Source of the DNA: an uncultured Acidobacteriota bacterium
Lineage (GTDB): Bacteria; Acidobacteriota; Thermoanaerobaculia; Gp7-AA8
Length of the DNA stretch: 64,000 bases
Direction of reading: 5' to 3'
Assembly (NCBI GenBank): GCA_963741955.1
Contig: CAVUKB010000006.1
Coordinates: 1-64,000, forward strand
Shown here: one piece after another, positions 1 through 9,684 of the stretch
Layout: each line of letters opens with the position of its first letter
How positions within the stretch are numbered: the first letter of the stretch is position 1
Notes under the pieces: generated by a model
Database searches by the model: none
The model's input: only the letters and a program-made list of their open reading frames with translations
What the model was told of the DNA's origin: nothing
Made by a program: the position numbers and the translations under genes

Positions 1-1088
1 TCCGGAGACTCGACGAACGAATGGTAGAGGTAGCGATTCGCTGGATCGATCGGGTCATCGATTTTGAACGAGCCGGCCGCTTTCGAAAGCGTGCCGCCCA
101 CGGCGAGGTTGCCACCGACGTATGCTGCGTACGGGGTGTAGAACCCGTAGTCCGAACCGGAGTGATAGCCAACAGCACCCCACGCAGCGAGGGTGCCCGC
201 TCCGTTGTCGATCGCACCGAGCAATCCGGCGCCATTGTTTTGCCCGATCCCGACGACACCCCGTCGTCCTCGTCCCAGCACCGCAGCCGGATAGACGAAC
301 CCCAGCGTATCGGCGAACGATAGACCGTTGATGTCGCCTCTGACCGCAGCGGTATCGTTCACGAGCTCGGAGATTCCGTGGGCTCCGGAACTTCCGGAGC
401 TGCTTCCGCTTCCGATCTGACCCTGAACACCATGGACCGCTCCGGTCCCCCCCGCGTATCCACCGACAGCGTGAGATCCGTTGGTGTTGCTGAAGTTGTA
501 CCCGACGATGGCCGCCGCGCCTCCGAGATCGGCTCGAACCGCCATCTGTGAAAGCGTTGGGAGCTCGGTCGAATAGAATCCGTTGATGTCGACCGTGAAG
601 TGAGTCGTCGCGGTCGAATAGATGTCGATGTCCTGTCCGGTGCCCGTGGGAACGACCGCCGCGTTTCCCACCTGTGCTCCGGTGAGGAAGTTGAGCGTCG
701 CGACCGTGGGCCGCGTCGAACCGCTCGGATACGCAGTCAGAAACGCATAACTTCCATTCGCCGTCGATCCGAAGACAGTGATGTTGAGAGAGTATGCCTT
801 CACCCCGCTCGCGGGTATTCCAGGGCAGGCGCCGTTGCCGTCGACGTCGATCGTGCGCGAAGATCCGCCCGCCAGAATGCTCGCACTTCGCGAATCGTAG
901 ACTCGGCACGGGAGGACGGGATAGAACGGAACGGCATCGTTGATCGCGATCTGTGCACTCCTTTCGCCGTCAGCGTGCGATGGGCCCCAGGTCGCCGGCG
1001 CCGCCCAATTGCCGAGCGGAATCTCCTGCGCTGAAATGACGGTCGCCAACGAGACCAGGACGATACAGAACATGGTACGAATCTTCAT
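1..1088 (-). CDS. Exported Gly-rich repeat protein, paralog of 1474-3405; 3' end truncated by window edge
   Basis: Not in the ORF track. Manual translation from ATG 1088 (SD-like TAAGGAGAGG upstream): MKIRTMFCIVLVSLATVISAQEIPLGNWAAPATW...PCRVYDSRS...YSLNITVFGSTANGSYAFLTAYP...SKAAGSFKIDDPIDPANRYLYHSFVESP, open to position 1. N-terminal half closely similar to the neighbouring gene. Confidence 0.88.
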   Translation of the reverse strand, partial: MKIRTMFCIVLVSLATVISAQEIPLGNWAAPATWGPSHADGERSAQIAINDAVPFYPVLPCRVYDSRSASILAGGSSRTIDVDGNGACPGIPASGVKAYSLNITVFGSTANGSYAFLTAYPSGSTRPTVATLNFLTGAQVGNAAVVPTGTGQDIDIYSTATTHFTVDINGFYSTELPTLSQMAVRADLGGAAAIVGYNFSNTNGSHAVGGYAGGTGAVHGVQGQIGSGSSSGSSGAHGISELVNDTAAVRGDINGLSFADTLGFVYPAAVLGRGRRGVVGIGQNNGAGLLGAIDNGAGTLAAWGAVGYHSGSDYGFYTPYAAYVGGNLAVGGTLSKAAGSFKIDDPIDPANRYLYHSFVESP

Positions 1089-1194
1089 AACCTCTCCTTA
1101 TTTCTTGACGTCAGTCGATGCTTACACCGGGTACGCCCCGTCGCCGTGACGGCGAGGCTGCCCCTTTGGTGACGCTGTTTTCTCGAGTGTATAG

Positions 1195-1236
1195 ATCGTA
1201 CTCCTCCGTCTGTTCAACGGTGTGATCCATGTCACG
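1195..1236 (-). promoter_or_regulatory. Candidate CRP/FNR-family site with -10 box (class II geometry)
   Basis: TGTGA-TCCATG-TCACG at 1221-1236 (consensus TGTGA-N6-TCACA, 1 mismatch). Minus-strand TACGAT at 1195-1200 would centre the site near -41. Confidence 0.45.
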
Positions 1237-1418
1237 CACCGGAAGAAATGTGAATCGAAAGAGAAGTGTGATCTTCGGATCGGTCCAAACCACGGTTTTC
1301 CCCAACCGTTCCGCGACGCGTCGGCACGAGATTGAGTCACTCCGTCCGTGACTAGGACAAGCCGAATGGACAACGGTCGCAGCGATCGTCACGCGCAGCG
1401 ATCGTCGAGAACTCAGAT

Positions 1419-1448
1419 TAAAAATGGGAGCCGCCCAAGGCGACTCCC
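1419..1448 (-). terminator. Intrinsic terminator of 1474-3405
   Basis: Minus strand GGGAGTCGCC-TTG-GGCGGCTCCC hairpin followed by ATTTTTA, about 25 nt after the stop codon. Confidence 0.75.
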
Positions 1449-1473
1449 GAGAGAATTCGATGGAAATAATTCG

Positions 1474-3405
1474 TCAGTGGTCGGACCGGCTTCCGACCTC
1501 GGCGGCGCTCGGTGGCTGCCCTTGGGCAGCCGCTGCTTCGGCGGCCGCCTTCGCGGCAGATTCCCGGTCCCGCCAGGCCTGGGCCCAGCCCATCCGTTCG
1601 GCAGTATTCAGATTCACCGTTCCGTCCGCGTTGTACGTTCCGTTCGCAATCAGACGCTGTTTGATCTCCGAAGAGTATCCGGCCAGCATCTGATCGTCGG
1701 GAGAGCGGGGCACGAAATCGTCTTCACGCGCAACGGCACGGAAATCCCCGTAACCGCGACGAATGCCATTCACGGTATAGAAAAACTCCACGTCCTTCGA
1801 TCCCTTCACCAGGGCGTGATTCAGGTCGATCTCGACGACCGCGAACTGAGCGAAGTCGCCGATTGGAGTGATCTGCATGCTCAGCCCTTCCGGATCGCTG
1901 GTCATCTGGAAGTCCGGCGGCATCATGATGACCGCAGAGCCCCCCTGGATTCGTCCCCGGCCGCGGAAGTACGTGCCCGGCTCGTTTCCCTCGAGAGGAG
2001 AAGTCTTGATCACCAGGCCCGGATCGCTCGGATGCGGCTCGACGACCGCCTGGATTCCAGCCGACGACGTCGTTCCGTACACATGCAGGCCGACCGTGTC
2101 CGAAAATCCGAGCACTGCACCGCTCACCTCTACTCCAGTGGAGGTCGCGATCCGGTAGCCGTAGACTCCTGCACTGGTTCCTTCTCCGGCCACTCCGATC
2201 GCGTATCGCGACGCGTCGTCCGCTCGACCCTGGACGCCAAAGACCGAATTGCTAAAGTTGGCGAGTGCAGGAGTCAGGTTACCGCCGCGACCATACACGC
2301 CGGCTGAATAAGGCGTCGAGCTGTAAGACGAAGCCCAAACCCCGTACGTTCGCCCGGTCGCTGAGGTGGCGGATCCGAAGACGGCGGGCGTTCCGTCGGC
2401 CGAGGCTGAAGTAGATCCATAAACCGCAGTATCGAAGCTTCCCAGCCGGCCTTCGGAAATACCCGCTCCGGTTCCGTCCCGGTAGGCTCCGACGACTCCG
2501 ATGTAGTTCGAAACTCCGAGTAGACCGGCACTCGAGTGGCTCTCGCCACGGACTCCTGCAGAGATGTAACTGGCGGTCGAAACCGCCGCACCGGAATCAT
2601 CGATCCCAAGGACCCCGGCAGCGTTCGACGCAGTGGATCCGCTCTGGCCGTAAACGCCATACGTCCTGTTGGATGAGGTGTCCGCGATACCATGCACGCC
2701 GGAAGACCCGGCTGCAGTGCTTCCACCGACCTCACCCTGCACCCCGTACACAACTCCCGTGCCCCCTGCAAAGCCGCCAACTCCGTGGCTTCCGTTGGTA
2801 TTACTGTAGTTGTACCCGACGATCGCTGCTCCGCTTCCCAGATCGGCGCGCACCACCATCTGATTCGTGTTGTTCAAAACGTAGGAATAGTACCCGTTGA
2901 TATCGATAGTCACGTGTGTGGCGGCCGTGGAGTAGATGGTGATGTCCTGGCCCGAACCGGACGGAACGATCGCCGCATTCCCGACCTGGGATCCGGTCAG
3001 GAAGTTCAGCGTTGCCACCGTCGGACGTGTCGTTCCGGCCGGGTACGCGGTCAGGAACGCGTAGCTTCCGCTGGCGGTCGACCCGAACACGGTGATGTTC
3101 AGCGAGTAGGCCTCGACACCCGCGCCCGGAATTCCCGTGCAGGGTCCGCCGTCCACATTGATGGTCCGCGCGACGGCGGCCGAGAGCATCGACGTGCTTC
3201 GGGAGTCGTACACCCGGCAGGGCGTCACCGCGATAAATGGAACCGCGAGACTCAGATCTCCCATTGCGGTGAGCTGTCCCGACTGAGCCGCAGGCGACCA
3301 CCGCGCCGGTGCGGGCCAGTTCGTGAGCGGAACGGTCTGTCCTGCGACGGCGACGGTGCAAAGCAGTACCAGGAAGGTCAGGATCACTGGTTTTCGGAAA
3401 GTCAT
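1474..3405 (-). CDS. Exported Gly-rich repeat protein (N-terminal PCRVYDSR domain, GVxG repeats, C-terminal domain resembling tail-fibre/chaperone modules)
   Basis: 643 aa ORF, signal peptide, SD AAGGAG, repeated YGVxG/AGVxG units, C-terminal GTYFRGRG...QITP...EFFYTVNGIRRGY. Confidence 0.88.
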   Translation of the reverse strand: MTFRKPVILTFLVLLCTVAVAGQTVPLTNWPAPARWSPAAQSGQLTAMGDLSLAVPFIAVTPCRVYDSRSTSMLSAAVARTINVDGGPCTGIPGAGVEAYSLNITVFGSTASGSYAFLTAYPAGTTRPTVATLNFLTGSQVGNAAIVPSGSGQDITIYSTAATHVTIDINGYYSYVLNNTNQMVVRADLGSGAAIVGYNYSNTNGSHGVGGFAGGTGVVYGVQGEVGGSTAAGSSGVHGIADTSSNRTYGVYGQSGSTASNAAGVLGIDDSGAAVSTASYISAGVRGESHSSAGLLGVSNYIGVVGAYRDGTGAGISEGRLGSFDTAVYGSTSASADGTPAVFGSATSATGRTYGVWASSYSSTPYSAGVYGRGGNLTPALANFSNSVFGVQGRADDASRYAIGVAGEGTSAGVYGYRIATSTGVEVSGAVLGFSDTVGLHVYGTTSSAGIQAVVEPHPSDPGLVIKTSPLEGNEPGTYFRGRGRIQGGSAVIMMPPDFQMTSDPEGLSMQITPIGDFAQFAVVEIDLNHALVKGSKDVEFFYTVNGIRRGYGDFRAVAREDDFVPRSPDDQMLAGYSSEIKQRLIANGTYNADGTVNLNTAERMGWAQAWRDRESAAKAAAEAAAAQGQPPSAAEVGSRSDH

Positions 3406-3748
3406 TACTTTCTCCTTCGATTCTCAACAGTTGGTCGGCTCGTTCACAGCCTCTCCTCGAGATTCAGTCGTTTCGCCTGGTGACGCACCTCCTTCAACCA
3501 GGTCCGTGCGCGCGCGTCCGCACGTACGCACGATCAGGAATGGACCGACGGATGCTTCGTGAAAGGTCGTTTAGTAATTGCCAATATAGGTACATTCCGC
3601 ACCAGACTGCAATCTTTCTTCGGACCGGCCCTTCTCATCGGATTCCCGATCCCCGTCCCCCTTTCGCGAACCGCCACCCGCCAGCGACTTCCGTTCGGTC
3701 AAATCCGCTTCTCACTTTTCGGGGAAGGAACGATTGTTGTCGTTCGAA

Positions 3749-3865
3749 ATGCGCCAGTTCCGAGCGAGTCGCCAGCGGGAGATCCTCGCCGAGCGGTTCG
3801 ATGCGCTGGTGGCGACGTACGACGTCTCCGCGATCTCGCCCGTTCCCTCGATCTGGTGCGGCGCG
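3749..3865 (+). pseudogene. Degenerate duplicate of the 5' end of the TIGR02757-family gene at 13481
   Basis: GAGATCCTCGCCGAGCGGTTCGATGCGCTGGTGGCGACGTACGACGTCTCC... matches about 13511-13595; EILAERFDALVATYDVSAISP vs EILAERLDALVATFDVSTISP, then a 1-nt deletion and loss of similarity. Confidence 0.75.
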
Positions 3866-4073
3866 ACCGACGTTGTACTTTGCGCTCCCATCGGCGAGGC
3901 CGCGAACGGAGGCAATCGCCGCACATGTGGGTTCAGACCCAGTCCGTATCCGTCGTGAACGGCGTCAGCGCTCGAACTTCCACACCCGTGTCGAAGCCGG
4001 CAGCTGACCGACAATCCAAATCGAGTTTCTTGACTCATTCTCGGGCTCGAGTACCATCGGGGTCGATCGAGCC

Positions 4074-6260
4074 ATGTTCGGACCTCCCATTCGGATCTCG
4101 CCGCCTGTTGCGGTGCTGCTCACCTTCTTCGCCACTGCCTTTCCGGCTCTCGCGCAGGAAAGAGCCCCGGCTCCTCGGAGCCGGCACGCTGCGGCGACGC
4201 CATGCCCCTCTCCCAATCGACTCGCTCGCGAGAGCAGCGCCTATCTGCTCGCTCACGCATGCAACCCCGTCGAGTGGTACCCGTGGAGCGACGAGGCGTT
4301 CGCGACCGCGCGCACGGAAGACAAGCCGGTGTTTCTGTCGATCGGTTATTCCAGCTGCCACTGGTGTCAGGTCATGGAATCGCAGTCGTTCTCCGATCCG
4401 AAGGTGGCTGCGCTCATCAACGCGACCTTCATCCCGGTTCTGGTCGATCGTGAAGAGCGGCCCGACGTCGACGCTGTCTACCAGCACGCCGCAGCCCTGC
4501 TCGGAGCCGGCGGCGGCTGGCCCTTGAACCTGATCCTCACGCCGGAGAAAACTCCGTTCTTCGCGGCAACCTACATCCCACCAGCAGATCAGGGCTCGCA
4601 GCAGGGATTTCAATCGCTGGTTCCCCGGGTCTCGGCGCTCTGGATCGACCGCAGCGACGCAGTCGAGACTTCCGCGGCTCACGTCTGGCAGGCACTCCGT
4701 GTGATGTCGCACCCAGCACCGGTTGTCACGTCATCCAAAGATGTCCTCTCCGCTGCTTACGATGCTTTTCGAGATCGCTTCGATCAGGACGAAGGCGGTT
4801 TTCTCCCCTCGCCGAAATTCCCTCTCGCCCCTCGTCTGCTGTACCTTCTCGCGCACTCCAAACTCGCCGCGAATCCGAGCGCACTTCGCATGGTGGAGAC
4901 GACCCTCGACGCAATCCGGGACGGCGGCATCTACGATCAGATCGGATTCGGAGTTCACCGCTATGCGATGGATCGGCGCTGGCGGGAGCCCCATTTCGAA
5001 AAGATGCTGGCGGATCAGTCTCTTCTCGCCATCGTCTCGACCGAGGCGTGGCAGCTCACGCATGCGCCTCGGTATCAGCGCCTGACCGAGGAGTTGCTCG
5101 GCTACGTCGAGCGCAGGCTCACCGCTCCGGACGGCAGTTTTCGCGCTTCCGAAAATGCGGACAGCGACGGACGTGAGGGAGCCTTCTATCTCTGGAACGA
5201 GCGCGAGATCGTGACGCTCCTCGGCGCCGATGCGAAGCTCTTCCTCTCCGCGTACCAGCTGGCCGACCCCGAAACCGGCGAAGCGGCCGGCGGTCCCGGC
5301 ATCCTGATCCGGCGAGATCCACCTCCCGATCTCTCCGGAAACCATCGCCTCTCGAAGAACGACTTTCAGCGCCGGCTCGCGTCCTCGCGCGAGCGACTCT
5401 TCGCGGCACGCGAGCGTCGCGCACATCCTGCGGTGGACGATGCGATCCTCGCGGACTGGAACGGTCTCCAGATCGTCGCCCTCGCCACGGCCGCACGTGC
5501 GTACGGCAACCCGGACGACCGAATTGCAGCAGAGCGTGCGGCTGATGCTCTTCTCCGCACCATGAAGACCCGGTCAGGAAGACTGCTCCACCGGCGGACC
5601 GGAAAGGAGAGCGGTATCAACGGGCAACTCGACGACTACGCGTTCGCCGTCTGGGGCCTCCTCGAGCTCTACGAAACTGATTTCGACCTCCGTTACCTGA
5701 CGGAGGCCGTCGATCTCAGCCAGGTCGCTACCGCCGAATTCGGGAGCCCCGACGGTCGCTTCTTCACCACTTCGACAGATACCGATCTCCCCATCAGGCT
5801 CGAATCCGACTCCGACGAGGCACTCCCCTCGGGAAGCGCGGTGATGGCGCTGAATCTCCTCCGCCTCGCTGCGATCACCGGGCGGGAAGATCTGAGTGCC
5901 AGGTCTGCCGCGACGCTGGCGCGATTCTCCGGGGCCATTCAGCGCGACCCTCTCGGTCACGCCATGATGCTCCGCGCGAGCGAGATGCAGCTTGGCCCCT
6001 CGTATGAGATCGTGATCGCGGGAGAACCCGACGCCTCTGACACGAGGGCGATGTTGCAGGCCTTGCGGACCAGGTATCTCCCGAACGCCGTCGTGATTCT
6101 GAGACCTTCAGGAGCCGGGGCTGCGCAACTCGCCCGGCTTGCGTCGTTCACCAGGGATCAGAAACCTCTCGATGGAAAGGCGACCGCTTACGTCTGCGTC
6201 CGGCACGCCTGCCGGCTCCCGACCACGGATCCGGCGAAGATGCTCGAGCTGCTCCGCTGA
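4074..6260 (+). CDS. Thioredoxin-domain protein, YyaL/SSP411 (DUF255) family
   Basis: [60 protein letters not shown] motifs; possible N-terminal signal peptide. Confidence 0.93.
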   Translation: MFGPPIRISPPVAVLLTFFATAFPALAQERAPAPRSRHAAATPCPSPNRLARESSAYLLAHACNPVEWYPWSDEAFATARTEDKPVFLSIGYSSCHWCQVMESQSFSDPKVAALINATFIPVLVDREERPDVDAVYQHAAALLGAGGGWPLNLILTPEKTPFFAATYIPPADQGSQQGFQSLVPRVSALWIDRSDAVETSAAHVWQALRVMSHPAPVVTSSKDVLSAAYDAFRDRFDQDEGGFLPSPKFPLAPRLLYLLAHSKLAANPSALRMVETTLDAIRDGGIYDQIGFGVHRYAMDRRWREPHFEKMLADQSLLAIVSTEAWQLTHAPRYQRLTEELLGYVERRLTAPDGSFRASENADSDGREGAFYLWNEREIVTLLGADAKLFLSAYQLADPETGEAAGGPGILIRRDPPPDLSGNHRLSKNDFQRRLASSRERLFAARERRAHPAVDDAILADWNGLQIVALATAARAYGNPDDRIAAERAADALLRTMKTRSGRLLHRRTGKESGINGQLDDYAFAVWGLLELYETDFDLRYLTEAVDLSQVATAEFGSPDGRFFTTSTDTDLPIRLESDSDEALPSGSAVMALNLLRLAAITGREDLSARSAATLARFSGAIQRDPLGHAMMLRASEMQLGPSYEIVIAGEPDASDTRAMLQALRTRYLPNAVVILRPSGAGAAQLARLASFTRDQKPLDGKATAYVCVRHACRLPTTDPAKMLELLR

Positions 6261-6302
6261 CTGCTCGCGAACCGTACTCGAGGAAAGCCGGGCGCGAAAC
6301 GC

Positions 6303-6445
6303 AGGTGGTGCGAGCGGTCCCGCTCGCACCACCTCTGCGCGGTTCTGCGGCCGGTAGCGTCTCGATCCGCTCCGAACACGATCTTCGCGGGGGATCAGAG
6401 GATCCGCTCCCCTCTCGCGAATGCGACCGGGACCGCTCGCGCCAC
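6303..6445. repeat. Cluster of REP-like palindromes between convergent genes
   Basis: GGTGGTGCGAGCGG-TC-CCGCTCGCACCACC perfect hairpin (about 6304-6333), GGATCAGAGGATCCGCTCCCC (about 6392) and TGCGACCGGGACCGCTCGCGCCAC (about 6422). Confidence 0.65.
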
Positions 6446-6497
6446 CGAGGCTCGCTGCGCTCGCCGTTCCGAGCGGGACGCTCGGGCCACCTGAAAC

Positions 6498-9400
6498 CTA
6501 CTTCTGTTCGAACGTGTATTTGCGATCGGCGCGGAGTCCCTCGACTCTCTGATGCTCACCGTTCGGCCAGATGATCTGGAGATCCGCCCTCTCGTCCTTT
6601 CCCATTCCAAAGTGCTGCTCGCGCGGTTGGACGGTCAGATACCCCTCTGTTCCGTGAATCTCGCGCCAGACGTGCAGACCGTTCGAGCCCGTGAGGATCA
6701 GCCGCGCTCCGATCGCATCGCGGTTCGATCCCTTCCGTGGGTTTCCGATCAGCTTCACCTTCAGCCAGTGATTGCCGTATCGTTCCGCGAGATTCCGGTA
6801 CACCAGCGCCGGGCCTTCGAAGTTGTTCACGATCATGTCGAGATCGCCGTCATCGTCGATGTCGACGTACGCGGCGCTCCGGGAGTTCCCGAGGTAGTTG
6901 GCTCCGCTCCGTTCGGACGCATATTCCAGGCGGCCTCCCTCATTCACGAAGAAGACGTTCGGTTCGCGGGCATCGACCGGCAGGACGATCTCCTTCACTG
7001 AATCGAACACCGCGGTCGGATAAGGGGTCTCCGCGTACACCATGTATTCGTTCATTCCGTTGAGGCAGTAGAGATCGTCGTCGCCATCCAGATCGAAGTC
7101 GAAAAAGCTCGCTCCCCACGACCACCCCGTCGTCGCGAAACCCCGGTCCACCGCGTCGGAGTATTCGTAGTGAGGCAGTTCGTTCTTCTTCCTTTCCGAG
7201 AGGAACAGATCGTTCGCCTCGACCACTCTCATCCGCGCCATCTTCTCCGGATTCAACTTCATCGGTGTCTCGTCGCTCGGAAGAACGTACTTCTCGTCTT
7301 TCACCAGAGTGACGATGTTCGAGATGTAGATGTCGGGAGCGTCGTCGCGGTTCAGGTCCGCGATTCCGACGTTCATCGCGAACGACGGCTTTCCCGTTCC
7401 GATCCGATCCGTCACATCCTCGAACTTCCCGTTGCCGAGATTGTGGAGGTACGCGTTCACACCGAAATCGTTTCCCACGATCAGGTCCTGCAACCCGTCT
7501 CCGTCGAGGTCGGTGTGAGACATCGCCTGCGCCCACCCGCTATGTCCGGCGCCGCTTCCTTCCGTGACGTCCTTGAAGTGGAAATTCCCTTGGTTGAGAA
7601 ACAGCCGGTTCGGCGATGCGTTCAGATCGTGCCTGTCGAGTGTCGGCAGAACGCCTTTGACGTAGTCGCCGAAGTACCCGATGTAGACGTCGAGCAGGCC
7701 ATCATTGTTGACGTCACACACCGTCGCCGGACCCGCAATCAGCCCTTTCCCACCGAGACCTGCCTCGGAGGTGACGTCCTCGAACCGCAGATTGCCGAGA
7801 TTCCGGTAGACCCGGTGGCCGTCGTTCGCGTAGACGATCAGGATGTCGGGTCTTCCATCATTATCGAAATCCGCGATCACAGGCTGGCGCGGCTCGCCGT
7901 ACGTGTTGTCGGGACGCTTCCAGTCGAGAGGCGTCTTCGCCGTAACGTCGTCGAACGTCCCGTCACCGTTGGCGATGTACAACTTGTTCCCCGCACCACC
8001 GACGAGGAGGACGTCTGCACGACCGTCGCCGTTGAGATCATCCGCCGCCACTCCACCCCCTCCGAACGCCGGAGGAACGGTCAGGGTCGCGGTGGATTCG
8101 GTCTTCTGGAGGTAGGAGCGGATCAGGCGGTTCAGCCAGTCCGCCATCCGGTGCTGGAACTCGATTCCCGAAGACTTCGTGACGTCGACGAAGAAAGTCT
8201 TCGCCCGTGGCGTCTTCGACTCACTCGACACGAGCCGCGGCTCCGGCGATTTCACGCGCGGAGCCTTCGCATTCCGGTCGATCTTCTCCTGGATGACCTT
8301 GAACGCTTTCGCGATGTGCTCAGGCGCGAGCGAATCGGCGTTCTCCGCCTTCGCCAGCGAGCCCGCGACCCTCAGTACCAGAACCCCGAACTGCGCGACA
8401 CCTTCCGTGATCAGCTCAGCCGCGAACGGGTCCGGCGCGCGCGCGATCGTCGGCCCCGCCTGGTCGATGGCTTCATCGAGGTAGCGCCAGTGAAGTCCGC
8501 TGTCGCGGAACGAGTCGGTATCGTAGGACTCCAGCGTCACGCGGTCTTGGAGCGGAAGATTCGGAAAGAAGATCACGTCTTCGTAATCGTTCACCCGGTA
8601 CGGGACGAACCGCTGCAGGGTCTGATGTACGTCCTTCACCCGGATGAACGGCTCCCCTTCCGCCTTCGCCCGGTTCGCGGAATCGCGAAGCACGTCCGCC
8701 ACGAACGCGATCATGCTCTCGTTGAACGCGATCTTGATCGCATCGCTCACCTTCGGATCCTTCGGCCAGTTGAAACGGGCGAAGTAGACCTGCAGGTTGC
8801 GCATGAACAGAGGTTGGGAGATGTCGTTGTATGCGGCGAAGGAGGCCAGTTTTTCCTGGACCAGCGCGTGGGTCAGTGCGAAGTCCGGCTTTCCCATCTC
8901 CATTCTCGACGGTTCGTTCAGAACTCCAGCCAACTCCCGCGCGAGATCAGTCACCGGCGACCATCCTGCGCGGAGAATTTCCGGAGTGATCTCCCGTCGC
9001 TGCAGCTCTCGCGCCCGGTGGTCCGCCTTGCCCAGTGCCGCGAGGCTCACCACGTCGAGCCACGATCGAAGGTGCTCGACCGCTTCGTGAGTCAACGGCA
9101 GCACGGGAGGAGAGTCCAGCAGAAGGTCCTGCTGCACCGCCAGAATCGCCCGGTACGAGTAGGCGATGCTCGAGTAATGCTCGAAGTCGCGCCGTTCGAG
9201 AACGATGAAATCCTTCTGTCCCGGCCACTGCACCCGGATGTCTCCCGATTCCCCTTTCTGGAACGGAACGATCTTCCGGGTCAGCCGGACGAGAGTCGCG
9301 AGATCGATCTCCTTCTCGCCTCTCGAAGCGGCGCCGGCGGATGCGTCACGCCAGATCCCTCTGATGAGACTCTTCTGAATCTCGGTCTTCGTGAAACGTG

Positions 9401-9635
9401 CATCCTCGCTCAGAGGCGTGCCGTACATGAAATCTTCGAGTCGCGACGCCGACGCGTAGCACTTCGGATCACGACGGCTCTCGAGCTGCTTCATTCCTTC
9501 GAAGATCACCGGAAACGACCCGGGGAGCTTCTCCGGTGGCTCCTGCGCGCGCGCAAAGAGAGGAATCGTGAAAGTGACTGAAAGGAGAAGCGAGAACGAC
9601 AGCAATCGCGCCAGGCGAAGCACAAAGCGGGACAT
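6498..9635 (-). CDS. Exported CRTAC1-family protein (FG-GAP repeats + ASPIC/UnbV) with an N-terminal four-fold histone-fold-like region
   Basis: Start re-called at ATG 9635 (SD GGAGG; signal peptide MSRFVLRLARLLSFSLLLSVTFTIPLFARA). Repeated DxNxDGxxD motifs, SNRDAIGARL and HFGMG ASPIC/UnbV motifs; 1045 aa. Confidence 0.9.
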   Translation of the reverse strand: MSRFVLRLARLLSFSLLLSVTFTIPLFARAQEPPEKLPGSFPVIFEGMKQLESRRDPKCYASASRLEDFMYGTPLSEDARFTKTEIQKSLIRGIWRDASAGAASRGEKEIDLATLVRLTRKIVPFQKGESGDIRVQWPGQKDFIVLERRDFEHYSSIAYSYRAILAVQQDLLLDSPPVLPLTHEAVEHLRSWLDVVSLAALGKADHRARELQRREITPEILRAGWSPVTDLARELAGVLNEPSRMEMGKPDFALTHALVQEKLASFAAYNDISQPLFMRNLQVYFARFNWPKDPKVSDAIKIAFNESMIAFVADVLRDSANRAKAEGEPFIRVKDVHQTLQRFVPYRVNDYEDVIFFPNLPLQDRVTLESYDTDSFRDSGLHWRYLDEAIDQAGPTIARAPDPFAAELITEGVAQFGVLVLRVAGSLAKAENADSLAPEHIAKAFKVIQEKIDRNAKAPRVKSPEPRLVSSESKTPRAKTFFVDVTKSSGIEFQHRMADWLNRLIRSYLQKTESTATLTVPPAFGGGGVAADDLNGDGRADVLLVGGAGNKLYIANGDGTFDDVTAKTPLDWKRPDNTYGEPRQPVIADFDNDGRPDILIVYANDGHRVYRNLGNLRFEDVTSEAGLGGKGLIAGPATVCDVNNDGLLDVYIGYFGDYVKGVLPTLDRHDLNASPNRLFLNQGNFHFKDVTEGSGAGHSGWAQAMSHTDLDGDGLQDLIVGNDFGVNAYLHNLGNGKFEDVTDRIGTGKPSFAMNVGIADLNRDDAPDIYISNIVTLVKDEKYVLPSDETPMKLNPEKMARMRVVEANDLFLSERKKNELPHYEYSDAVDRGFATTGWSWGASFFDFDLDGDDDLYCLNGMNEYMVYAETPYPTAVFDSVKEIVLPVDAREPNVFFVNEGGRLEYASERSGANYLGNSRSAAYVDIDDDGDLDMIVNNFEGPALVYRNLAERYGNHWLKVKLIGNPRKGSNRDAIGARLILTGSNGLHVWREIHGTEGYLTVQPREQHFGMGKDERADLQIIWPNGEHQRVEGLRADRKYTFEQK

Positions 9636-9678
9636 GAAACCTCCGGGTGTCCTGGAGTTCGTGTTTTGGAAGTCAGGC

Positions 9679-9684
9679 ATTATA
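9679..9684 (-). promoter_or_regulatory. -10 box for the CRTAC1-family gene
   Basis: TATAAT on the minus strand about 44 nt upstream of ATG 9635, in GC-rich context; no clear -35. Confidence 0.45.

Noticed and set aside
1100-1185. c-di-GMP-I riboswitch in the leader of the first gene
   Set aside because: A hairpin is present, but the GGCAAA, GNRA and GCAAAG signature elements are not.
7170-9581. 803-aa plus-strand ORF
   Set aside because: Antisense shadow of the CRTAC1-family gene, expected at high GC3; the same applies to 16624-18387, 39121-40605, 58534-59973 and similar.
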